Shown here piece after piece: positions 27,344-37,308 of a stretch of DNA of 52,954 nucleotides (position 1 is the first letter of the stretch; every line of letters begins with the position of its first letter). The notes under the pieces were generated by a model. That model searched no databases, was not told the origin of the DNA, and worked only from the letters and a program-made list of their open reading frames with translations. The position numbers were made by a program, and so were the translations under genes. This DNA comes from Candidatus Woesearchaeota archaeon (GTDB taxonomy: Archaea; Nanobdellota; Nanobdellia; Woesearchaeales; J072), in the NCBI GenBank assembly GCA_003695265.1, contig RFII01000043.1, forward strand, positions 1 through 52,954, read 5' to 3'.

Positions 27344-27792
27344 GGGCTTACAAAGTGTATGCAATTGAGAGAGGAACAGTAATTGACCATATCCCGAAAA
27401 AAAAAGCACTGCAAGTTTTAGAAATCCTTGGTATTGATGGAGATGATGACAGCATCATAACATTAGGCATGAACATGCACTCTGAGAAGATGGGAAGCAA
27501 GGACATTATTAAGATTGAGAACAAAAAACTAACCAGGCATGAATTAAACAAGATTGCAATAATAGCTCCAAATGCCACTATAAACATAATTGATGAGCAT
27601 AAAGTAAAAGAAAAAATCAAAGTTAAAGTTCCAAGAGTGATTGAAAACGCCATTAAGTGCGGCAACCCAAAATGCGTTACGAGGCACCAGCCAGTCATAA
27701 CAAAGTTTTACAGCATTGACTCAGAAGAAATAAAGTTTAAGTGCCATTACTGCGAAAAAGAGTTTTATGCAGATGAGGTTCAGTTGCTTTAA
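27340..27792 (+). CDS. pyrI: Aspartate carbamoyltransferase regulatory subunit
   Basis: 150 aa with a C-terminal Zn site CGNPKC...CHYC. ATGA overlap with pyrB. Confidence 0.9.
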   Translation: MRAYKVYAIERGTVIDHIPKKKALQVLEILGIDGDDDSIITLGMNMHSEKMGSKDIIKIENKKLTRHELNKIAIIAPNATINIIDEHKVKEKIKVKVPRVIENAIKCGNPKCVTRHQPVITKFYSIDSEEIKFKCHYCEKEFYADEVQLL

Positions 27793-27868
27793 TAACAACA
27801 ATAAACACTAATTCGCTATTGCTCTTCTGGAAAAATGTTTTTAAATTTTGTCTAAAGCGGAGGCAGAA

Positions 27869-29062
27869 ATGAGTTTGCTTCTAAAAAACTGTAGGATTTT
27901 GAAGGATGGAAAAGTAATCAGCACAAATATTCTTGTTGATGATGATAAAATAAAGAAAGTCGGCTTTGTAAACGAAGCTGATAAGATTTTCAATGTGAAC
28001 AACAATTTTGTTCTTCCAGGGCTTATTGACCCGCATGTTCATTTCCGCGAGCCAGGAATGACTCACAAAGAGGATTTTTACACTGGCTCAAGAGCTGCGG
28101 CTGCTGGCGGGATAACAGGTTTTCTTGACATGCCGAACACAAGGCCGCCGACATTGACGTTGAGTGACTTGGAAGAGAAAAAAGAATTAGCCAGGAAGAG
28201 CGTTGTCAATTACGGCTTTCATTTTGGGACAAGCAAGGACAACCTTGAAGAAATAAGAAAAGCAAGAAATATTGCTGGAGTAAAGGTTTTTATGAACCAA
28301 TCCACAGGAAAAATGATGATAAATGATGATAACGCTTTGCATAATATTTTCTCTAATTCAAGGATTGTCTTAACGCATGCAGAGGATGAAATGGTTGGAA
28401 AAGCGCTTGAGATAACAAAGCAGTCAGGAAACATGCTTTACCTTTGCCATATAAGCCAGGAATCTGAATTGGAATCAATAAGAAAATCAGGTTTGAAAGT
28501 CTTTGCCGAGGCAACTCCGCACCATTTGTTTTTAACAGAAAAGAAAGTTGATGAGCTTAAGGGCTTTGCGATGATGAAGCCCCCATTAAGAAAAGAATCC
28601 GACAGGATTGCTTTGTGGAATGCATTAAAAGATGGCACAATAACAACTGTTGGGAGCGACCATGCTCCGCACACGATTGAAGAGAAAGAATCTGAAGAGC
28701 CGCCTTTTGGCGTTCCTGGCATTGAAACAATGCTTCCGTTAATGTTGAATGAAGTGAACAAACAAAACATTACTTTACAAACGGTTCAAGAGCTTATGTG
28801 CGAGAACCCCTGCAGAATATTTAACATAGCAAACCAAGGAAGAATTGATAATTGGTACAGCGCAAACCTCACAATAATCAATATGAAAAAGGAGAAAAGA
28901 ATAAGGAATGATGAGCTGTTCACAAAGGTCAAATGGAGTCCGTTCAACGGATTAAAATTAAAGGGTTGGCCTGTCATGACAATTGTTAACGGACAGATTG
29001 TTTTTGAGAACGGGCAGATAATTGAAGAAAAAGCAGGAAGACCTATCAATTTCAATCAATAA
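27869..29062 (+). CDS. pyrC: Dihydroorotase
   Basis: Amidohydrolase HVHFREPG motif. GGAGG (27859-27863) lies 5 nt upstream of the ATG at 27869. The track start at 27848 is TTG. Confidence 0.9.
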   Translation: MSLLLKNCRILKDGKVISTNILVDDDKIKKVGFVNEADKIFNVNNNFVLPGLIDPHVHFREPGMTHKEDFYTGSRAAAAGGITGFLDMPNTRPPTLTLSDLEEKKELARKSVVNYGFHFGTSKDNLEEIRKARNIAGVKVFMNQSTGKMMINDDNALHNIFSNSRIVLTHAEDEMVGKALEITKQSGNMLYLCHISQESELESIRKSGLKVFAEATPHHLFLTEKKVDELKGFAMMKPPLRKESDRIALWNALKDGTITTVGSDHAPHTIEEKESEEPPFGVPGIETMLPLMLNEVNKQNITLQTVQELMCENPCRIFNIANQGRIDNWYSANLTIINMKKEKRIRNDELFTKVKWSPFNGLKLKGWPVMTIVNGQIVFENGQIIEEKAGRPINFNQ

Positions 29063-29074
29063 AATAGTGGGATA

Positions 29075-29740
29075 ATGGAAGATTACAAAAAAGAATTCAT
29101 TAAGTTTCTCTTAAATAATAATGCGTTAAGGTTTGGAGAGTTCACTCTGAAAAGCGGTCGCAAGTCACCTTATTTTATCAACACAGGAATGTTCTGTGAT
29201 GGAAAAAGCGTTGCAAAGCTGTGCAACTTTTATGCTGCGCATATTGTGAAAGTCCTAGGCGCAGAAAAGGTTGATGTTCTTTTCGGGCCAGCTTATAAGG
29301 GAATTCCCTTATGCGTTGCGACTAGCATTTCATTAGCAACAAGTTTCGGAATAAACAAACCATACGCGTTTGACCGCAAAGAAGCTAAAGGGCACGGTGA
29401 ATGTTCTAACAGAAAAAAGATGATTGTCGGACATGAGCTAAAAAACGGCGAGAAAGTCTTAATACTTGACGATGTGTTCACAACAGGCCAGACAAAAATT
29501 GATACTGCCGAATTGTTGAAAGACATTGCTGATGTCAAATTTGCCGGGGTTTTAATAGCAGTAGACAGAATGGAGCGAGGCAACGACAATGAGAACGCTA
29601 TCAAAGAGTTTGAAGAACAGACAGGAATAAGGGTTTATTCAATAATTAGTGTAAAAGATATAATTTACTATTTAGAAAAGCATAAAAAGACTGAAGAAGC
29701 TGAGAAGATTAAGAAATACCTTGAAAAATACGGTGTGTGA
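29075..29740 (+). CDS. pyrE: Orotate phosphoribosyltransferase
   Basis: PRPP-binding motif VLILDDVFTTGQT. Confidence 0.9.
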   Translation: MEDYKKEFIKFLLNNNALRFGEFTLKSGRKSPYFINTGMFCDGKSVAKLCNFYAAHIVKVLGAEKVDVLFGPAYKGIPLCVATSISLATSFGINKPYAFDRKEAKGHGECSNRKKMIVGHELKNGEKVLILDDVFTTGQTKIDTAELLKDIADVKFAGVLIAVDRMERGNDNENAIKEFEEQTGIRVYSIISVKDIIYYLEKHKKTEEAEKIKKYLEKYGV

Positions 29741-29741
29741 A

Positions 29742-30512
29742 ATGAATTTTATTGAAAAGTACAAAAAAGCTGTGAAGGAAAAGAACAGCATTCTCTGTTT
29801 AGGCCTGGACCCAAAGATAAAGGAATCAAGCCTTATGCGGATTCGGGAAGAGAAGGCAGAGTTCATTTTTGAAATGATAAGCAAGCTGCATGAGTACTGC
29901 TCTGCAATCAAGATAAACAGGCAGTTTGTCCTTGACTTAACACCGGCTGACCTAAAGCAATTAACTGATTACGCAAAAGAGAAAGGCCTTGTTTGTATTG
30001 CTGACCATAAATTGTCTGATATTGGAAACACTAATTTCGCTGCGTTAGAAACAATCCAGAAAGAGGGGTTTGATGCCTTAACAATCTTACCCTTTCCCGG
30101 CAACACAGAAGAAACATCTAGAAAGGCGCACGAGCTGGGCCTTGGAGTAATAGTGCTTGCATTGATGTCAAACCCTGAGTATGAGCAGATAAAAAACTCA
30201 AGCGTCGGCTCAGAGCCAATGTTTGTGTACTGCGCAAAACAAGCTGCTCAGTTTGCAGACGCGGTTGTTATCGGCGCGCCTTCAGAAAAGAATCATCTCT
30301 CAATGGATGAGGTGAAGAAAGTAAAGGAGATAATTGGAGACCGGCTCGTCTTAATGCCTGGCGTTGGCGCTCAGGGCGGCGAGGCTGAAGAAATGATAAA
30401 AACTTTTGGAGAAAACCTTATAATAAATGTTGGCCGCGGCATAATTCAGGATCAAAACCCGGTAGAAGCAGCAAAGAAATATAATGAAATGTTTAACAAG
30501 CTAAGAAAGTGA
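29742..30512 (+). CDS. pyrF: Orotidine 5'-phosphate decarboxylase
   Basis: ADHKLSDIGNT motif. The ATG is 2 nt after the pyrE stop. Confidence 0.9.
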   Translation: MNFIEKYKKAVKEKNSILCLGLDPKIKESSLMRIREEKAEFIFEMISKLHEYCSAIKINRQFVLDLTPADLKQLTDYAKEKGLVCIADHKLSDIGNTNFAALETIQKEGFDALTILPFPGNTEETSRKAHELGLGVIVLALMSNPEYEQIKNSSVGSEPMFVYCAKQAAQFADAVVIGAPSEKNHLSMDEVKKVKEIIGDRLVLMPGVGAQGGEAEEMIKTFGENLIINVGRGIIQDQNPVEAAKKYNEMFNKLRK

Positions 30513-30583
30513 TTTTTTCGTTTTCTTTCCGGAATTCTCCTGATAAGGCTTTTTAAAACTGTTATTTTAAACTTTTGATTAAA

Positions 30584-30760
30584 ATGAGTCAAAAAATACA
30601 CTTTACAAAAAAGTGGGTGATTTCTTTTATTGAAATAGAAGAAAATGGAATCAAGAAATATAAGGTAACAAAGAGAATTCCAGAAATATCAGTGGCAGAA
30701 ACCATGATTTTTAAATCAAAGAAAGAGGCCAAAAAACAGTTTGAGGAGTGGCTAAACTAA
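30584..30760 (+). CDS. Small hypothetical protein (58 aa)
   Basis: ATG-initiated ORF in an otherwise empty gap. No recognisable motif. Confidence 0.4.
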   Translation: MSQKIHFTKKWVISFIEIEENGIKKYKVTKRIPEISVAETMIFKSKKEAKKQFEEWLN

Positions 30761-31057
30761 TCTGTCAAACTTAGATTTCAATTCATCTATTAGTTCAGGC
30801 TGGTTAAATTGGAAAACATCAGGTATATCGAGAGAAACAATTCGTTTTTGCAGATATTGTTTAGGAAACCTTTTGGCAATTTCACTCCTTTGATGATCTT
30901 CCATAACCACAACCAAATCAGCCCACGACAATTCTTCTTCAGAAAGAGGTTTTTCGGAATAAAGGCCTGCAGATTTAGTTTCAAATCTGTCTTTAAAGAG
31001 AAATTCAGCTGTTTTGCTCCTATTAAGATTCTGATTGCAAACAAAAAGCACTCTCAT
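30752..31057 (-). CDS. Low-molecular-weight protein tyrosine phosphatase / ArsC-like phosphatase
   Basis: MRVLFVCNQNLNRS carries the C-x5-R-S P-loop. About 101 aa. An A/T box lies about 27 nt upstream of the ATG at 31057. Confidence 0.8.
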   Translation of the reverse strand: MRVLFVCNQNLNRSKTAEFLFKDRFETKSAGLYSEKPLSEEELSWADLVVVMEDHQRSEIAKRFPKQYLQKRIVSLDIPDVFQFNQPELIDELKSKFDRLV

Positions 31058-31101
31058 GGTTGCTTGATTAAAGATTTTAAAAATATAAATTTTGCTATAA
31101 A

Positions 31102-32967
31102 ATGAAAAATCCAATTTTATTATTAGCAATAATAATCATTTTTTCAGAAGCTGTTTTTGCCAACTTAATAATAAATGAGATAATGTACAACCCTTCAACA
31201 GACATAGGGGACGACTCTGATTTGGAATGGATTGAGCTGTACAATAACGGAACAAACCTCAGCTTGGAACTCTGGCACCTCGAAGCAGGAACAAAAACAA
31301 CCCATTTCAACCTAACCTTGGAAAACAACACATATTTGGTGATTGCAAGAGAGCTTGTTGATGGAGATGATTCTGACAATATGAGCTTTTCAGACTATTA
31401 CAACATAACGAACAGCACAAACATTACTGCGATACAAGGAAACATTTCTCTAAACAACCAGAACGGAGAGATTCTATTATATTATAATGGGACGTTAAAC
31501 TTATCAGTCCAATATGATTCGAGCATTGGCGCTGATGGCAACGGATTCAGCCTTGAATTCTGGAACAATTCATGGAATGAAAGCATTGTTTATGGCGGAA
31601 CACCTGGAAAAGAAAACAGCATTATTAATTTGACAGGCGCGAATGAGAGCAGCAATGAAACAAACAGTTCTGAAGAAAATGAGACAAATGAGTGCAACGC
31701 ATCCATAAAAATACTGACTGAGCAATCAGTGTATGAGAGCGGTGAAAAGGTGGAAATAATGTATGAGGTAAATAATGAGCCTGAAGAGTTTGTTGTTGAG
31801 TACTGGGTTGAAGACCTGTTCGGCAATATAGTGAAAGACAAGAGGGAAACAACAAACGCGAACAAGAAGAGCTGGACTCCAAGCATTGCCGAGCAGGAAA
31901 AATCCTTCCTAATAAAAACTAATTTGACCGAGGCAAGCTGCAACGACACAGAAAAAAGCGACAATTACGACGAAAAGCTGATCGCAGTAAAGGGTGAGCA
32001 ACAAAAGCTTGACGACAAATCAAGCATTGAAATAGAAGAGTTAAGCAAAAATTCTGCGAAGTTCGGTGATATTATTAAGGCAAAACTGCTAATATATAAG
32101 GGTGACACGAACAAGAAAAGCATTAAAGCGTATGTTGAGAATGATGATGAAAGGATAAGCGAAATAACATCTTTCAGCCTGCACAACAAGTTCACAGAAT
32201 ACGAATTGGAAATTCCTTTGATAATAAAGCCGAACTGCGACCAAAAATTAGAAAGAGGGGATTACGAGCTTGTTGTTGAAGGCCTTGGCGAGATTGAATA
32301 TGAGGAAATTAATGTTAATGGATTTAAGTTCAACTGCCTTAAAAAGGACGAAGAAGAAACTCTATTCGAGCAGCCGCAAAGAAGCGGCGTTGATTACATT
32401 ATGCAGAACAATATTAGCAACATAATTATTAACAAGTCTTTCTACGCCCAGCTAAAAATTGTTAATAATGATGCAAAGCACAATTTCACTGTTTGGAGCT
32501 ATGTTTACAAGGGCAGCAAGGTTTATTCTGACGGCAACCAGACAGACAATTCGGTCGGTTTTGGGCTGGACAAGGGCTCTTCAATGATTGTCAGGTTGTA
32601 CAACAAAGTGAGCGATGCGCCTCCAGGAGACTACAAGTACAAGATAAAAATAAAAAATGACGGTCAGAAGACAAATCATGAGATTACAATACCTGTTGTC
32701 ATATTGCCTGTGAAGAAGCTGGAGAAAACAGATAAAAAAAACCAGAGCACCTTTTCAGCTTCAAGCAAAACAAGTCTTTACGAGCTGAAAGAAGAGATTG
32801 AAAAAGAAGAAGACTTAAAAGAAGTGACAGGAACAGCAGTGCTTAACAACAAGCCTATAATCGTCTATGAATCAAGCTCTTTTAAATCAAAAAAGCTTAT
32901 ATACTATTTGTTACTAACGATTACTGGCATAATTTGCGTTGCGCTGATTTGGAGACGATTAAAATGA
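31102..32967 (+). CDS. Surface protein: signal peptide, lamin-tail domain (LTD), Asn-sequon-rich repeats, C-terminal TM anchor
   Basis: LTD pattern from INEIMYNPS...LEWIELYNNG to ISLNNQNGEILLY. Many N-x-S/T sequons. The C-terminal hydrophobic helix LIYYLLLTITGIICVALIW is followed by RRLK. Confidence 0.75.
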   Translation: MKNPILLLAIIIIFSEAVFANLIINEIMYNPSTDIGDDSDLEWIELYNNGTNLSLELWHLEAGTKTTHFNLTLENNTYLVIARELVDGDDSDNMSFSDYYNITNSTNITAIQGNISLNNQNGEILLYYNGTLNLSVQYDSSIGADGNGFSLEFWNNSWNESIVYGGTPGKENSIINLTGANESSNETNSSEENETNECNASIKILTEQSVYESGEKVEIMYEVNNEPEEFVVEYWVEDLFGNIVKDKRETTNANKKSWTPSIAEQEKSFLIKTNLTEASCNDTEKSDNYDEKLIAVKGEQQKLDDKSSIEIEELSKNSAKFGDIIKAKLLIYKGDTNKKSIKAYVENDDERISEITSFSLHNKFTEYELEIPLIIKPNCDQKLERGDYELVVEGLGEIEYEEINVNGFKFNCLKKDEEETLFEQPQRSGVDYIMQNNISNIIINKSFYAQLKIVNNDAKHNFTVWSYVYKGSKVYSDGNQTDNSVGFGLDKGSSMIVRLYNKVSDAPPGDYKYKIKIKNDGQKTNHEITIPVVILPVKKLEKTDKKNQSTFSASSKTSLYELKEEIEKEEDLKEVTGTAVLNNKPIIVYESSSFKSKKLIYYLLLTITGIICVALIWRRLK

Positions 32968-33569
32968 GTGAGATGAGCGAAAAAGAAGTGATGCATAAGG
33001 TTGAAGAGGAGGGCTACATTTACATAAAAACAATAATTGAGGTTCTTGGAAAGCCGAAGGAGCACGTTGCAGAAACCCTTAAGCTTGTAGTGCAAAAAGC
33101 AAAGGAAAATGACAAGCTTATATTTGTAAAAGAAAAGTCTTTTGAGCCGAAGCCGCAGGAAAAGCTGTTTTCAGCGTTCACTGAAATGGAACTGCTCGTT
33201 AAAAATGCTGACGCATTGATGGATTTCTGCGTTGAGTTCATGCCGTCATCAGTTGAGATTCTTGAGCCTCCAATGCTTGATTTCAAGAACACAGCACTCA
33301 GCAATTTGCTTAACGAGTTTCTAGGAAGGCTGCATAAGGCAGACATGATATCAAAAGGTTATAACGCGGCAAATCAGCTGCTCAGAAAAAACATAAAAAC
33401 TCTTGTAAAAAATATAATATTAGTAACACTAAAATACAAGCCTATGCCTTTGAAAGAGCTTACAAGAATGGTCGGTATAGATGAGAAAACATTAAAGCCT
33501 TTTGTTGATGAGTTAATAAAAAACAAGACAATCATTCTGGATGATAATAAGTACAGGCTAGCAAAATGA
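32964..33569 (+). CDS. Hypothetical protein with C-terminal winged-helix-like domain, translationally coupled to scpB
   Basis: ATGA overlaps at both ends. The C-terminus PMPLKELTRMVGIDEKTLKPFVDELIKNKTIILDDNKYRL looks like a wHTH. Confidence 0.55.
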   Translation: MSEMSEKEVMHKVEEEGYIYIKTIIEVLGKPKEHVAETLKLVVQKAKENDKLIFVKEKSFEPKPQEKLFSAFTEMELLVKNADALMDFCVEFMPSSVEILEPPMLDFKNTALSNLLNEFLGRLHKADMISKGYNAANQLLRKNIKTLVKNIILVTLKYKPMPLKELTRMVGIDEKTLKPFVDELIKNKTIILDDNKYRLAK

Positions 33570-34543
33570 TTGGTGAAGCAGGAAAAAAAGTGGAAGCTCT
33601 ACTGTTTGCAGTTGGTAAGAAGATAAGTATAGATGAAATAATGAGGATATGTGACCTTAGCCACGAAGAAACAAGAAAAGCTTTAGAAGAACTTAAGAAG
33701 GATTATGATGAAAGGGAAAGCCCATTGATGATTGTGCAGGAAGGAAAGGACTGGAAGCTTACTGTAAGGGAAAAATATTTAGACATTGTGCATAAAGTAG
33801 TAGCTGACGTTGAGTTAAGAAAAAGCGTTACAGAAACTCTTGCAGTAATCGCGTGGAAATCGCCTGTGCTGCAGTCGGAAGTAATAAAGGTCAGGACAAA
33901 CAAAGCATACGAGGATATTAAAGAGCTTGAAGATGCTGGCTTCATAACAAAAACAAAGAAAGGAAGATCATTCTTACTGAAAGTGACTGACAAGTTCTAC
34001 GAGTACTTTGACGTCAAAGGAAAGGATGACATAAAAAAAATGTTTGAACAAGTTGAGGACAAAGCAAAAGAATCTGAAGAGCATGAGAAACTCGGCGATT
34101 TAGAAGTGTATGATGAGCCGTTGGCAGAAAAAGAAGTGCACGAAACAGGAAAGCTTCCTGAGCAGAACATCGAAGTTGTTGATATTCCTGAAAAGACTGG
34201 TGAGGAATCAAAAGAAAAGCTTGCGGAAGAAGTGCATCAAGCCAAAAAAGAAAATTCAGAACATGAAGGCACAGAAAACAAAGGTGAATCAGAAGAGATT
34301 TCGAAAGAAGAAAAAGAGACTCAGGAAGAAGCCTCGCAGGGCAAAAAAGAAAGTGAGGAAGAGCTAGAACCAAAAGAGGATCATGAACCAGAAGAAACTG
34401 GTGAAAAAGAAAGTAGTAATGATTTAGAAGAAGAAAAAGATGAAGAACCAGAAGAAGATAAAAAAGAAGATCCTTTGAAAGAAGATGAAGAGCTAAGGCA
34501 GGAAGTTGATGAGACGGCCGAGCTCCTCGGAATAGAAAAATAG
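33566..34543 (+). CDS. scpB: Segregation and condensation protein B with long acidic E/K-rich tail
   Basis: EALLFAVGKKISIDEI and TLAVIAWKSPVLQSEVIKVRT are ScpB tandem-wHTH patterns. The last ~150 aa are E/K low complexity. Confidence 0.8.
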   Translation: MIGEAGKKVEALLFAVGKKISIDEIMRICDLSHEETRKALEELKKDYDERESPLMIVQEGKDWKLTVREKYLDIVHKVVADVELRKSVTETLAVIAWKSPVLQSEVIKVRTNKAYEDIKELEDAGFITKTKKGRSFLLKVTDKFYEYFDVKGKDDIKKMFEQVEDKAKESEEHEKLGDLEVYDEPLAEKEVHETGKLPEQNIEVVDIPEKTGEESKEKLAEEVHQAKKENSEHEGTENKGESEEISKEEKETQEEASQGKKESEEELEPKEDHEPEETGEKESSNDLEEEKDEEPEEDKKEDPLKEDEELRQEVDETAELLGIEK

Positions 34544-34547
34544 TAAG

Positions 34548-34688
34548 ATGCTCCTTTTAAGATGCCCGAAGTGCAAGCACACAATGAAATACCAGAGCAG
34601 TAACGGGTTCCTCTCAAAAAAGTACAAGAAATGCGTTTATTGCGGCAAAAATTTTAAGGTTTATGAACATATTGTAAAAAAACTGTAA
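34548..34688 (+). CDS. 46-aa zinc-ribbon protein (CPKC...CVYC), absent from the ORF track
   Basis: I translated it as MLLLRCPKCKHTMKYQSSNGFLSKKYKKCVYCGKNFKVYEHIVKKL. The ATG is 5 nt after the scpB stop. Confidence 0.55.
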   Translation: MLLLRCPKCKHTMKYQSSNGFLSKKYKKCVYCGKNFKVYEHIVKKL

Positions 34689-34835
34689 CGTAAATTGCTA
34701 AAACGCTGAAACACGCGAATTCTTAAGTTAGAAAGGCTGTAATTCCATTTCATAATCGAAAGCTTTATAAGTACTGGCTAGTTATGTTTTATAGAGGATA
34801 AAAACCTGTTTTCTAAAGGGAAAAATAAGAGGAAA

Positions 34836-37277
34836 ATGGAAGCTTCAGAACCAGAAAAGAAAGAAAGGATAATACCCAAAGTCATAGAAGAGGAGATGAA
34901 AACATCTTTCTTAGATTACGCCATGTCTGTCATTGTAAGCAGGGCCCTTCCTGACGTTAAAGACGGGCTTAAGCCGGTTCACCGCAGGATTTTGTTTGCC
35001 ATGAACGAGATGGGCATGCATTACAACAAGCCATTCAAAAAATCAGCGAGAATAGTCGGAGAAGTTTTGGGCAAGTACCACCCGCACGGCGACACTGCAG
35101 TGTATGACTCTATGGTGAGGATGGCGCAGGATTTCTCTTTAAGATACACATTAATTCAAGGACAGGGAAACTTCGGAAGCATTGACGGTGACAGGCCGGC
35201 AGCCATGAGATACACAGAGGCAAGGCTTAGCAAGATAGCTGGCGAGATGCTTCAGGACATAGAAAAAAACACTGTTAAGTTCGTGCCTAACTTTGACAAC
35301 TCGCTAAAAGAGCCTTTAGTGCTCCCTTCAAAACTACCAAACCTATTGGTTAATGGATCATCAGGAATAGCTGTTGGAATGGCAACAAGCATTCCGCCGA
35401 ACAACTTAAAAGAAGTTGCAGAGACGATAATAAGAGTTATTGACAACCCTGACTTGACTGTAAGGGAAATAATGGACACCTTGCAAGGCCCTGACTTCCC
35501 AACAGGAGGAATAATTGCCGGAAGGCAGGCAATAATAAACGCGTACGCTTCCGGAAGAGGAAGAATAAGGGTGAAAGCCAAGACAAGGGTTGAGGAGATT
35601 AAGGGAAAGAAGAGCATAATAGTCGATGAGATTCCTTACATGGTCAACAAGTCAATGATGATTGAGGAGGTAGCACACCTCGTAAGAAACAAGAAAATAC
35701 AGGGCATCAGTGACATACGTGACGAATCAGACAAGAAGGGGATGAGAGTTGTTTTTGAGCTTAAGAAAGATGCCAACCCGGACGTTGTCCTTAACCAGTT
35801 GTTCAAGCACACAAAGCTTCAAACAACTTTCAGCGTTAATCTCGTTGCGCTTGTTGACAACGAGCCAAAAACATTGAATGTGAAGCAACTCATAAACTAT
35901 TTCATCAACCACAGGCGTGACGTTGTGAGGAAAAGAACGCAGTTTGACCTTGACAAAGCAGAAAAAAGAGCTCATATCTTAGAAGGGATTATAACTGCTT
36001 TAGGAAACATTGACAAGGTGATAAAGCTCATAAAAAGCTCTAAATCTGTTGAAGTAGCTTCAAAGTCATTAATCTCAAACTTCAAGCTTACGAAAGAGCA
36101 GGCCCAGGCAATCCTTGAGATGAAACTGCAAAGGCTGACAAGCTTAGAGCAGGAGAAAATAAAAGAAGAGCACAAAAGCCTATTGAAACTTATTGAAGAG
36201 TTAAAGTCAATCCTTGCGTCTGAAGAAAGAATACTTGGAATAATAAAGCATGAATTGGCAGAGCTGAGCAGCAAGTACGGAGACGAAAGAAAAACAATGA
36301 TAATGGATGCAGAAGAAGAAGACATTGAGATTGAAGACTTAATAAAGCCTGAAGATGTTGTTGTTACGATAAGCAACACAGGATACATAAAAAGAGTGCC
36401 TCTAGCTGCTTACAGGGAGCAAAAAAGAGGCGGAAAAGGAGTAATTGCTACAGGAATGAAAGACGACGATTACGTTGAAAGCCTTTTCATAGCAAACACC
36501 AGAAGCTACATACTCTTCTTCTCGGACCGAGGAAGGGTGCACTGGCTTAAAGTTTTCAGGATACCAGAAGGAAGCAGGCAGTCAAAAGGCAGGCCTATAG
36601 TAAACCTACTTGAGCTTGAGAAAGAGGAAAAAATAACAGCGCACATACCAATAAAAGAATTTGATGAAAGCCACTTCCTGATGATGTGCACGAGGAAAGG
36701 GATAGTTAAGAAGACGCCCTTGAAAGCGTACTCAAGGCCGAGGAAAGGTGGCATAATAGCAATAACTCTTGATAAGGATGATTATTTGATGGGCGTCAAG
36801 CTGACTGACGGCACAAAACAGGTGATGCTCGCAACAAGAAAAGGCAGGGCTATAAAATTCCATGAAAGGGATGTCAGGCCTATGGGAAGATCAGCACATG
36901 GCGTGAGGGGAATAAAAATAAGAGAAAGTGATAATGAAGTAGTGGATATGATAATCGCTGATGATAACAAAACAATCCTCACAGTCACAGAGAACGGTTA
37001 CGGAAAAAGAACGAAAATCTCAGAGTACAGGCTAATAAGCCGCGGAGGCGTTGGCGTAATCAACATAATTTGCAGCCAGAGGAACGGCAACGTAGTGTCA
37101 GTCAAGTCTGTGGAAGATGATGATGGTATAATGTTCATAAGCAAGAAGGGGATTGTGATAAGGACTATTGCCAGCGAAATCTCTGTTATTGGCAGAAACA
37201 CGCAAGGCGTCAGGCTGATGAGGCTTTCCCAGGGAGACAAGGTTGTCAGCGCCGCAAGGATAATAAAAGAAGATTAG
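34836..37277 (+). CDS. gyrA: DNA gyrase subunit A
   Basis: AAMRYTE active-site Tyr motif. GyrA-box QKRGGKGV lies in the C-terminal beta-pinwheel. Confidence 0.95.
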   Translation: MEASEPEKKERIIPKVIEEEMKTSFLDYAMSVIVSRALPDVKDGLKPVHRRILFAMNEMGMHYNKPFKKSARIVGEVLGKYHPHGDTAVYDSMVRMAQDFSLRYTLIQGQGNFGSIDGDRPAAMRYTEARLSKIAGEMLQDIEKNTVKFVPNFDNSLKEPLVLPSKLPNLLVNGSSGIAVGMATSIPPNNLKEVAETIIRVIDNPDLTVREIMDTLQGPDFPTGGIIAGRQAIINAYASGRGRIRVKAKTRVEEIKGKKSIIVDEIPYMVNKSMMIEEVAHLVRNKKIQGISDIRDESDKKGMRVVFELKKDANPDVVLNQLFKHTKLQTTFSVNLVALVDNEPKTLNVKQLINYFINHRRDVVRKRTQFDLDKAEKRAHILEGIITALGNIDKVIKLIKSSKSVEVASKSLISNFKLTKEQAQAILEMKLQRLTSLEQEKIKEEHKSLLKLIEELKSILASEERILGIIKHELAELSSKYGDERKTMIMDAEEEDIEIEDLIKPEDVVVTISNTGYIKRVPLAAYREQKRGGKGVIATGMKDDDYVESLFIANTRSYILFFSDRGRVHWLKVFRIPEGSRQSKGRPIVNLLELEKEEKITAHIPIKEFDESHFLMMCTRKGIVKKTPLKAYSRPRKGGIIAITLDKDDYLMGVKLTDGTKQVMLATRKGRAIKFHERDVRPMGRSAHGVRGIKIRESDNEVVDMIIADDNKTILTVTENGYGKRTKISEYRLISRGGVGVINIICSQRNGNVVSVKSVEDDDGIMFISKKGIVIRTIASEISVIGRNTQGVRLMRLSQGDKVVSAARIIKED

Positions 37278-37308
37278 ATTTATAAGAGAAAGCGTTTTTC
37301 TTAATGCA

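Noticed and set aside
34836-37277. gyrA without an adjacent gyrB, considered as an anomaly, together with a possible intein or split.
   Set aside because: The GyrA ORF is full-length and uninterrupted, with the active-site Tyr motif and the GyrA box. gyrB can simply be encoded elsewhere.
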